Positions 20,301 through 29,600 of a DNA stretch of 48,066 bases are shown here, piece by piece. How positions within the stretch are numbered: the stretch's first letter is position 1; the number at the start of each line of letters is the position of its first letter. Origin of the DNA: a virus (Duplodnaviria; Caudoviricetes). Below the pieces are notes generated by a model. That model did no database searches. It saw only the letters and a list, made by a program, of their open reading frames with translations, and was not told the origin of the DNA. The position numbers and the translations under genes were made by a program. The stretch lies in IMG/VR virus record IMGVR_UViG_3300031857_000325, positions 1 through 48,066 of that record; one strand, given 5' to 3'.

Positions 20301-20668
20301 TTGAAAGATCTGGTAGAGGAAGATTTGAAGGTGGCTATGCTGATTTCAACACTCCTCAAAGTCAATATCCATTCTACAACAATCCTAATTATGCATTAGT
20401 AAAAAATTCAGATGGTACATTTACATATAAATTAAAAGATCAAGTGACAGAAGATGATCAAGTGGTTGAACAACCTGTACAAACTCCTTCTAGTCCTACA
20501 CCTGGATTTAATCCAAACAGTAATGTAGCATATGAAGATGATGAATACGAATATGAATTAGTTCCTATGAATCAAACAGAAACAATGAACGAGGTTGCTC
20601 CTAAAAAATATGGAGGGAAGGTTAAAAAAAATTATTCACAAAGCTCAATAGTTAAAGCATTTAAGTAA
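17372..20668 (+). CDS. Putative ejection/cargo protein with glycine-zipper membrane-like segment
   Basis: GGTIGGAAGSMFGPAGQAIGQIAGTAIGGLL; RGQSH and VEVERGE motifs; Gln/Ala-rich helices; repeated xxxGG motifs. Confidence 0.6.
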   Translation: MKDQFLKIAGVKTEAAFYKKYKTEKDFFSAHPEAKKMVKKAQAGTIMSGMSSYLQGMQGAQNIPNMQNVIQGQMQSPGVNAGMFQSSPPDYNQMYMNMSTKDEQLKQPQSGGVAKGLESLPGLGGDLVKGYNNLRAGRRAKKEAQKWAAVSDVQARAAETEDIDDYRQYAESADRRRNAMMPVTTGEEFFPVYGVGTNVLARNGARLQYGGMVGGNPTEIQNTYTPGTLYDDLGYEPLDDSNQVKQFAYGGGIPVAQNGFSNWMNTMGGGGSGFSGAAGASGGGTPWGMIGGMGSNLAGSIVGKDGGSQIGGTIGGAAGSMFGPAGQAIGQIAGTAIGGLLDTNDRDQRKAEAKIRNNQNRMMAAQYRGNLQSQFSGYMEDGGNVNPQIISQFGGNNLMSLLAPPNDADMLRAGGHIRGRYVEPNESGLSTMEQGGDLATHWGGYAEPMSYNPYLPDGGETVMFRGQSHDESDGMGNTGIGVSYGNTDEPNVEVERGEPAVKLRDGGTGEENLTVYGNLMIPNYGVDILGDKKAKGKKFKSYIAGISKMEDKQNKLVEKSTDELDALDIKTPFDKLKLSSLQANILGGNMKLKDVADKKIKAADIQNAINETAEEYSLVADDLAKGKIKIDKKAMNMREAMFGTKLTKAQDGVTESAKASTLDPKKAEEIKELYREAKAKGIKSKEALALQQKFHEYFPDVAKEIILGNPEITGKARKMGYKNIADLSKADRNIILNTNVDEYMGPRTEQYMAALARLERPRSADLTAPTVTSDKKDDVKTEENKFEIIKNKKNPWINLGYQTLKGILDRPYEEELSPDQLMGEYYAMSANQVEPVQATPYSPQLRVPYDISLQDQINQITSDQRATQKMMGYNPAAQAMVASQAYDAKSKVLADQFRANQAMKDQVYSGNIATLNDAELKNLAIYDQQYTRQEQAKSNTKAIAQAALSSIGDKLAKHKADVREYNVYKTLFPQYGFERSGRGRFEGGYADFNTPQSQYPFYNNPNYALVKNSDGTFTYKLKDQVTEDDQVVEQPVQTPSSPTPGFNPNSNVAYEDDEYEYELVPMNQTETMNEVAPKKYGGKVKKNYSQSSIVKAFK

Positions 20669-20684
20669 TTAATTTGATTATAAA
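20666..20684. promoter_or_regulatory. Imperfect palindrome, second copy of the 3309-3331 element
   Basis: TAATTAA-T-TTGATTA; TAATTTGATTATAAA (20670-20684) matches 3317-3331 at 14 of 15 bases. Confidence 0.45.
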
Positions 20685-20710
20685 AATTACTTAAAAATAT
20701 TATTCTTCTA

Positions 20711-20741
20711 TTGTATAATAAATTAATTAACAATAAATTTG
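20711..20741 (+). promoter_or_regulatory. Bacteroidota-type primary-sigma promoter (-33/-7)
   Basis: TTG (20711-20713), 20-nt spacer, TAAATTTG (20734-20741; perfect TAnnTTTG), in the intergenic gap before 20782. Confidence 0.7.
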
Positions 20742-20781
20742 CTAACATACATAACATGTTAGATTAAAATAATAAATAAAC

Positions 20782-23628
20782 ATGGCAAGTTTTACCGATA
20801 TTATTCCTCAATTTACTCCTTACGTGCAACAGCTTCCAGTGGAAGCTATGGTTGCTGTAGGTATGGAGAAACAAAAAAGATATGACGAGGGAGTTCAAAA
20901 AATACAACAAAGTATAGATAAGATTGCTGGATTGCAAGTTGATAAAGATGTAGAAAAAGCATACCTACAATCTAAATTAAACCAACTTGGTAATGATCTT
21001 ACATTTGTTGCAGCTGGTGATTTTTCTAATTATCAAATTGTAAACTCTGTAGATGGAATGGCAAAACAAATAGCCTATGATCCAAACATACAAACAGCTA
21101 TAAGCTCTTCTGCAAAAAGAAGAAAAGAATATGAATTCATGGAAGAAGCTCGTAAGAAAGGAGAGCTAACACCACAAAATGAATTATATTTCAAAACCAG
21201 AGATTCAGATTGGGTTAATAATACAGAATTAGGACAATCTTATAATGCTAAATATGTTCCTTATGTAGATAGATTTAAACTTGCTAAAGAAAAGTTTGAT
21301 GCAATTAAACCAGACAATCTTACATTTGATGAAGTGTATCAAAAAGGTCCTGATGGTAAATATGTAACAGATAAAAAAGGAAATCTTGTTTTAAGTGAAG
21401 CTATGACAAGAGTAAAAGAAGAAGGATATTTACCAGCTAAACTTCAAGCAACAATTGATGAAATTTTTTCTGATCCTAGATTTAATCAACAATTAACAAT
21501 TGATGCAGAATATAATTATAGAGGAGTTGGTAAAGAAGACTTAGCAATCTCTGTTACAAAAGAAGCAAATAAAATAAAAAATACATATGAGGATAAATTA
21601 GATGAATTAAATATTCAACTTCAATTAGATCCTGATAATGATGATTTAAAACAACAGATAAAAAATACAGAATTAGCAATTTCAAAACTTGGAGAAAATC
21701 TTCAAGAAACAGGAAAGTTAATTTCTGAAAATCCTAATGCTGTAAAAACTTCTTTATATAAAAGTTTACAAAAAGATAATTATACAGCTATGTTTAACGT
21801 TTCTAAAAAATCTACAGAACTTTTAGAAAATCCTCTTTGGCAAGCTAAATTTCAAGTACAAAAACTTGCTAATGAATATAGTAGATGGGCTCAAGAGTTT
21901 GCTTGGAAAAAACAATCTGAAGCTGCAAACTATGAACAAAGAGAAAGATTTAAAAAACAAGATGTTGAACTAGCTAAATTAAAAGTATTAAAAGGTAAAT
22001 CTGGTACTGGAGAATCTGGAGAATTATTTACACAAGGTGATGGTTTACGTCAAACTACAGAAAGTCAAGATTATGAAACAGTTTCTATGCATGAAGAGGA
22101 ACTTGCAGCTTCTGCCCAAAGATATAACAATTCATCAGTAAATTTAATTTGGTCTTCTCTATTTGATGTTCAAGGTAAACAAGGTGATGTAAATAGACAA
22201 AAATTAAGAGAAGAACAAAAGAAAGGTTATAACTTAGAACAATCTAAACAAAACATTATAAATAGAGTGGCTAAATCAAGAGGATATAGCAATCCTGAAG
22301 ATTATGTTTTAGAATTAAAAAATATAACATTAAGTAAATATAATACAAGTGATTCTAAGAAAAAACTAAAAAATAGTAATTACGTTGTGTATCAAGCTCT
22401 TGAAGATTATGAATCTTCTGAATTAAATTTCAGAGTTCAGCAAAATTTTGATAAAGATATAAAAGGATCTAATTTAGCTGAGTTTTATAAACAAATGGAA
22501 AAAGTTCCATTTCAAGAAAAAAATTTAAAGATTGGTGATAAATCTTATACGTTAACAAAACAAGATGCAATAGATCTTGCTTTAATAGCAAAATATGAAA
22601 ATAAAAGCTGGGCAAGTAAAGATACTCCTTGGAAAACTGAAGAAGCTAAAGCTTTGTCAGATTTAGCTAATATTGCAAGAAGTAGATTAACACGAAATGG
22701 TAAATCTCAACTTATTAATAATTTTTTAGATAATGCATTATTAGATAAAACTACAAGAAAAAAATTAAAAAATAGCAAAGCTATGCCTTCTGAATTAGAA
22801 GATGATGATGCTGTAGGAGAATGGATGTTTGGTGTAAGAGATAATCATAACAGACAAAGAACATATTTTAACAATAGAGCTTTTGATGGAATATATGATA
22901 TATTTGATACTATAGATCCTTCTAAAGTTAAAACTCAAATTAAGAATACAGCAGAAGCTATACGACAATTTAAAACTATATCTCCAAACTTAATAGGAGA
23001 AGTTGCTGCAGGAGATGATAAAATGGATAAAGTGATTATGACTTCATTAGGTGGAATTGTTGCAGAGTATTCTAGAAATGTAAAACCTGTAGGTGTTAAT
23101 GTAGATGATTTTTTTGATGATGTTAAAGGAAATACAAATGACTTAAAAAACTTCAGAGGTTTAAATTTACAAAGAGGTATAGAAAAAGATGCAACAGGAA
23201 ATTTAATACCTTACTTACAATCAGAAAATGGTAAAATATATTTAAATAAAGAAGAAGCTAGTAAATTTGGCATTGATCCTGATAAAATTTATCAAAATGA
23301 ATATACGATGATGGTAGAATCTACTATATCTGTAAATGGAGGAACTAGTTGCGATGGTTTTATTAAAGATGTTAATACTTACAGATATAATGATGTAGTA
23401 ATGAACAATTCTAATTTTCCACAATTAAATGGTACAAACTATACAGCAAAAGTAAATTTTCAAAAAAATGGAGATACATTTATTCCTTATATTTATATAA
23501 ACAATGGAGTAGAAGAAAGAGTTAGAGAATTACCTGTTAAATCTGATAATTTAGGAAAATTAATAATGCAAGATATTCCTAGTTTTATTTCTCCTGCTAC
23601 ATTGCAACAACTTTTAATTACGAAATAA
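20782..23628 (+). CDS. Putative ejection/internal virion protein
   Basis: 948 aa, helical and coiled-coil rich, directly upstream of the vRNAP gene; no catalytic motif recognised. Confidence 0.55.
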   Translation: MASFTDIIPQFTPYVQQLPVEAMVAVGMEKQKRYDEGVQKIQQSIDKIAGLQVDKDVEKAYLQSKLNQLGNDLTFVAAGDFSNYQIVNSVDGMAKQIAYDPNIQTAISSSAKRRKEYEFMEEARKKGELTPQNELYFKTRDSDWVNNTELGQSYNAKYVPYVDRFKLAKEKFDAIKPDNLTFDEVYQKGPDGKYVTDKKGNLVLSEAMTRVKEEGYLPAKLQATIDEIFSDPRFNQQLTIDAEYNYRGVGKEDLAISVTKEANKIKNTYEDKLDELNIQLQLDPDNDDLKQQIKNTELAISKLGENLQETGKLISENPNAVKTSLYKSLQKDNYTAMFNVSKKSTELLENPLWQAKFQVQKLANEYSRWAQEFAWKKQSEAANYEQRERFKKQDVELAKLKVLKGKSGTGESGELFTQGDGLRQTTESQDYETVSMHEEELAASAQRYNNSSVNLIWSSLFDVQGKQGDVNRQKLREEQKKGYNLEQSKQNIINRVAKSRGYSNPEDYVLELKNITLSKYNTSDSKKKLKNSNYVVYQALEDYESSELNFRVQQNFDKDIKGSNLAEFYKQMEKVPFQEKNLKIGDKSYTLTKQDAIDLALIAKYENKSWASKDTPWKTEEAKALSDLANIARSRLTRNGKSQLINNFLDNALLDKTTRKKLKNSKAMPSELEDDDAVGEWMFGVRDNHNRQRTYFNNRAFDGIYDIFDTIDPSKVKTQIKNTAEAIRQFKTISPNLIGEVAAGDDKMDKVIMTSLGGIVAEYSRNVKPVGVNVDDFFDDVKGNTNDLKNFRGLNLQRGIEKDATGNLIPYLQSENGKIYLNKEEASKFGIDPDKIYQNEYTMMVESTISVNGGTSCDGFIKDVNTYRYNDVVMNNSNFPQLNGTNYTAKVNFQKNGDTFIPYIYINNGVEERVRELPVKSDNLGKLIMQDIPSFISPATLQQLLITK

Positions 23629-23649
23629 CCAACAATATAAATTTATATT

Positions 23650-26600
23650 ATGGAAAATAATTCTGTCAACGATAAATTTTTTAACAATAGTCCTTTCAAT
23701 GAAAAGAATCAAAGTACTGAAAACTTTATAAATAGGCCTTCTGTTGCAGTGGGTCTTCCTGTTCTTCCTAAAGTTCCAGATGTACAATTTTCAAACTTAA
23801 GTAGTAATAATGGTAATCAAGATCCAATATCATTATTACAAAGTATTATTGATTCTCCAGAGATAGGTCCTAGTAGAAAAGGGATTCCTATGTCTTCTTT
23901 TTCAGATGATCCAAGATATTCAAAAGGAACTAGACCTGGTGACAACTGGGAAGAAGCATATGCTCAAAACCAAACATTAACAGAAAAAGCAATAAATGGA
24001 GTTACTAAGGGATTGAACTTAGCAGCAACTACTGTAGCTGGAGGTTTTGCAAATGTTTTAGTTGGTCTTCCTGCTTGGGCATTAACTGGAGATATTACAA
24101 AAATATGGAACAATCCTGTTAATCAAGGATTGCAAGAATGGAATGAAAAAGTTGATAGAGAAATTCTTCCAAATTTTTATACACAACAAGAACAAGATGC
24201 TGAATGGTGGAGTACAGATAACTGGGTTACAGGAAACTTTTTATTTGATAAACTTATAAAAAATTCTGGGTATGCTGTAGGAGCTATGGTTGGTGGTAAT
24301 ATTGCAAATGCTCTTTTAATGAGAGCTGGAGCAGGAATAGGTGCAGCTGCTACAAACCTTGCGTCAAAAATAACTACAACAGGAGAAATGTCACAAGCAT
24401 TTAAATTATCTTCTGGGTTATTAAAAAATACAGCAAGAGCTTTTTCTAGAGGGAAAAATATTGAAGCTTATGAAGCATCTGTTGGTAAACTTTCATCAAT
24501 TGCTGATTTAGCTAAAAGAGAACAACAACTTGCTCAATTAACAAAAACTACTTCTAAATATGCTAACTTTGGAGATAATGGAAGAAGAACACTTGTTGCA
24601 TTATATTCTTCTGCAGGAGAAGCTTCTATGGAAGCTATCATGGGAGGAAATCAAATGAAGGATAATTTAATCCAGAAATATATAGATGAGAATGGTATTG
24701 AACCAACTGGTCAAGCTTTAGAAGATATTAATAACACTGTAAGAGAATTTGGTAAAGTTTCGTTCTTTGGAAACATGGCTTTATTAGGACTTACAGAATA
24801 TGTACAACTTCCATACTTAGCAGGATCTTCTTGGAAAAATACAAGAAATGCAATTAAGAATACAACTAATGATGTAATTGCTAAAGGAGGAAAGTTAGTA
24901 GAAGATTTACCAACAACAAGATTTGGTAAGTTGTATAAAGGTGCTAAAAATTATGGAAAATATGTATTTGACCCAAAAGAAGCAGGGCAAGAAATTGGTC
25001 AGTTTGCTTTAGAGGTGGGTACATCTAACTATTTTGAAAAAGCAAATGAAACAACAGCTGCTGAAGATTGGATGGATGCTGTATTAAATATTCCAGGTAT
25101 AGCAAAGTATGGATTCTTTGGTAGAGATGAGAAAGGTGAAGGAGTGGGAGCATTAGTTTCTAAAGAAGGAATTGAAGGAGGTATTCTTGGAGGTATCACT
25201 GGAGGACTTATGCAAGCTCCTATGAAATTTGCTGAAACAAAAGCAAGAAAAACAAACACACAAAGACTTATAGAAGAATCTAATAATGCTCCTTTAGTAA
25301 GAGATGTTGTAATAGATAGAATTAATACAGCTAATAGAGGAACTGTATTGCAGCAACAACAACAAGTGGCAGCTTTACAAAATGATATTCTTGAATCTAA
25401 AGACTTAAAAACAGATCTTGCTTTTAACTATGCTATGCATAAAGTTAAATATGGAAGAACTGATCTTGTATTAGATGAACTTGCAGATATGAAACAGCAA
25501 GTGATGACAGGTAAAGAAGGTTTTCCTGAACTACAAGGAGAAGGGATAGGAAATACAAACGATACTAAAGAAGAATTCTTAGCTAGAATTACAGAATTAG
25601 AAACTTTTGTAAAAGATCTTGATAGCACATATGAACAATTAAACACTATATATGGAGCAGAAACTATCAAAGATGCTTCTACAGGAGAATTGAGAAGAAG
25701 ATTTTCTGACGCTGCTATTGAAAGACTTGCATATGCTACAACCAAAATGAAAGACTATGATGCACGTATTCCGCAGCTTAAATCTAAACTTGCTTCTAAA
25801 GGAATAGTGGTAGACCAAGCTCTTTCTGATGTAGTGAATAATCCTGAATCAACTTCTATTGATGAAAAACTTTTAGAAGTGGATGCATTTGATTCTACAA
25901 TGTATACAGATGCAGACAAGAATGAATTAAAACAAACAATGTTAGATGTAACAGATCTTACATTAAGAAAAAAATTATTTATTGATGAGTTTAATCAGAT
26001 AATTAAAAAACCTGAAAATTTTACACAAAATGTTTCTACAAAATCTTCTATTGAAACAACAGAAGAAAGTGATGTTCCTAAAAATGTAATAAAAATAAAA
26101 ACAAAAGCAGGAGATAGAAATATTGAAATAGGTACAGAATACTTCTTAGGTAAAAGAACATTCTATTCTAAAGATGGAAAAGAAGTGTATAGAACACCTA
26201 AATTAACTATTCTTGGAGAGAATGAAGATGGTACAATTAAAATAAAAGACTCCAAAGGAGAAGTAAGAGATATTTCTAAAGATGAATTAGAAGATTATAA
26301 ATTAGCTAAAGTTTCTTCTACATTAAAAAATAAAGTGGCTAAGTATTACTTAGAACACATGAACTCTGTATTTGAATTCTATGGTAAGAAAGTAACAAAT
26401 GAAAAAGGAGAAAGAGTTCCTGTAAGAGGAAGACTTGAATATGAGCAAACAGAAAAAGGAGAGAAAGATAAATTATTTTTTGTTTATAAAGATGAAAAGG
26501 GTAAGATAGTTAGAAAAGAAATAGATGGATCTATGGTTAAACCTAAACCAGGATACAAACATGCTATTATAAAACATATAGGAAATCTTACACCTGCACA

Positions 26601-29600
26601 ACAACAAGCAGAAACAGAGTTTGGAAAAACAACATCAGAGAATGTACAAGCTAAATTACAAAGAAGAGCTGATACACTTATTGAAATGTATGAAGAAGTT
26701 TTAGATAAAAAACAAAACTCTGAAAAATTAATTGCTGAAAAAACAAATAAGTTAGAAAAACTTAGAGAAGAAATTGCTAAGATTACAGAACAAATTGAAA
26801 CTAATAAAAATCCTCAAGACAAGAGAGTTAAAGAGTTTAAGTTTAAAAAGGAAATTAAAGATGCAATTGCTAGAGTGAATGATTTATCAAGAATGGAGCA
26901 AGCTCTTAAATTAGAATTAGAAGAGTTATATTCTGTTGATGATGAATTAAGACTTAATGTGGAATATTTGGAAGATCTTATAGAAAACATAGAAGAGCTT
27001 CCTGATTCTACAAAGGAGTTTATTGCTCAATTAAATGATGAATTAATTGATCTTAATATAATGGTTGAAGAAACAGGCAAACAAATTAATGCTGTAAGTT
27101 CTTTAATTAAAGCTACAAGAGATGCAATTAATTCTGCTATAAAATATTTAACAAGTCTTGTAAAAAGTTTTGAAAGTAAATATCCAAATGTTCCTAGAGT
27201 GATTGGACAAGATTGGATTGATTACATTCAAAACAATCCATTATTTAAAATGGACCCTTCTTTGATAGAAGATTGGTCTGCTACATACAAGGAACAATTA
27301 TTCAAAATAGATAATACATTAGCTTTTGTTGAAGAAGAAACAATTAAACCTAATGAGACAAGACTTGAAGATCTTAATGAACATTTAGATATATTACAAG
27401 GAGCTCTTAAAGATTATGAGAATCAAATTAAGGTGAGAGAGAATGTTCTTGAAAAGCTAGAAGGTATTCTTGCTAAATATAAAGAACAAAAAAGACAAGA
27501 ACAAGAATTAGCTAGAAACGAAAAACTTATTCAAGAATGGGTAGGTACAATGGATAATTCTATTCAACCTGTTGCTGCAGATAATGATGAAGAGAAGGTG
27601 TATGAAGGACCTTCAAAGAAAAGTGATAGAGATGTTGTACAAGGAACAATTCCTGTTTCTAGTGATAAACGTCCTCACAATTTAAGATCTAATAGATTTG
27701 GTAATAGATTTAATTCTTTTCCTGAAAAGAAACAAAGAGCCATCAAAGGAAGAATTGTTACATTAAAAACAGAAGAACTTCAAGGAGTAAAAGGACTTTC
27801 AGAATTAATCACTGCAGGAGAAGCATCTCCTTCAGATGTGATTGCTATGGTGATGGTGATTGAAACTCAAGATGGTACATATTCATTAGTAGATGAGTTT
27901 GGTAATGCTTTTACAGAAGAACAAAAACAAAATCCTTTAGAACATGCTGTATTTCAAGTGTTTCCTAGTGACAAACTAGAACAGAGATACATGAAAGATG
28001 GTAAGTTTGTAATGGAAACAATGTTTAGAGAAACCACTGATAAAGATTTAAAAGAGTCACTATCTAAACAATATAGAGAATGGAGAGCATCAATAATGGC
28101 TCAAGAAACTCTTTCTCCACCACTAGGAATAAATGCTTCATTTGGATTACCAGAATATGTAACAAGACTTGTAGAAAAAGTTGTTAACGGTAAAACAATG
28201 CAAGTTGAAGAAATTGATTATAATGCTACCACTCCTGTAGAAAAAACAGGACTTGTATCAAAAACAGATTTAGGTAATAATAAACTTGTTACAGTTTCTA
28301 CATCTAATGGTGTAAGTGAAGGATCAGTTACATTTAATACAAATCCTGGTAGAGTGTTTTTAACACTTCCTGGAGGACTTATTAAACTTAATAATAGAAA
28401 ACTTAATTCTAAAGAAGCAACTTCTGTTTATGAAGCTATATTACAGCTTTCTAAAATTGCTTTTGAGAAAGGAACAATAAAAGATGATGTACAAGCACAA
28501 CAAATTGTGCGTTGGTTAAAAACTGTTGTCTATTGGGGAATAGCTAAAAATCCACAAACAGGTCAGAGAAAACAAGCTGGGTATAACAATATCTGGTTTG
28601 AAGATGTTGTAGATGCAAAAGGACAAAAGTCTTCTAAATTGTTTATATCTGGAATGGGTGGAAACTTAAGTTTCACTCCTTCTGAAATATCAAACAGAAG
28701 AAGTGAATTAATCTCTATGATTGGAGCTCTTTATCACAATGTAAATAAGACATTGACAGATGATAGATCTTGGGATAATCCTTATACAGAAATTCTAGGA
28801 ATAGATAAAAATGGAGAAACTGTAACAAGAGAATGGCCTAATTATCAAACATATCTACTATCTTCTGAAGGAAGAACAGAAGAAGAAATTCCATTAACAA
28901 CAATTGTAAGACCTAAAACATCAGAAAATGATGTTGTTAAAAAAGGAGTTTATTTTACATACATTGACAATGCAGATACATTTAATTTTGAATTAACAAA
29001 ACCTGCAGAAGTTGTTGCTAAAGAAACACAACCTGTTTCTAAACAAGAAGCTCCAGTAGAACAAAAACCTGCTCAAGCTCCTGTTGCTTCTAAACTTGTA
29101 TTTGATAACAAAACGCCTAATGTTTATACAGAACTTAAATCAGGAAATGTTACAATAACTCTTGATAAAGATGGTGTAGCTAGTTTTGTTGTTAACAATA
29201 ATGGTGAACTAGATGCTGAAACATCTAAAACAATAACTAATGTAGTAAATGCCAAAAATATTTCTGAACAAGAAGCTCAATCGTTAGTCTTAACAGCAAT
29301 TGAAGCTAAAACAAAACCTATGGCTGTTGCTCTTGCTACACCAGTAGATACAGCTTTAACAGCAGCTCCTGTTCAAGAAGCTCCTGAAGTAGTAGTTCCT
29401 ACAGCTCCTGTTTCTACAGATGTAAAACCAGAAAATATATCATCTAAAGGTTCTGAATTTGCTAAGAAATTAACCAATGTAGGAAATACTGTAGGATTAA
29501 CCTATAAAGGTAAACAATACGTTAATTCTGAACATGCTTATCAAACTTGGAAATCTGGAGAATTTAATCAAGCAGGTTATGATTTAAAAGGTGGTAAAGT

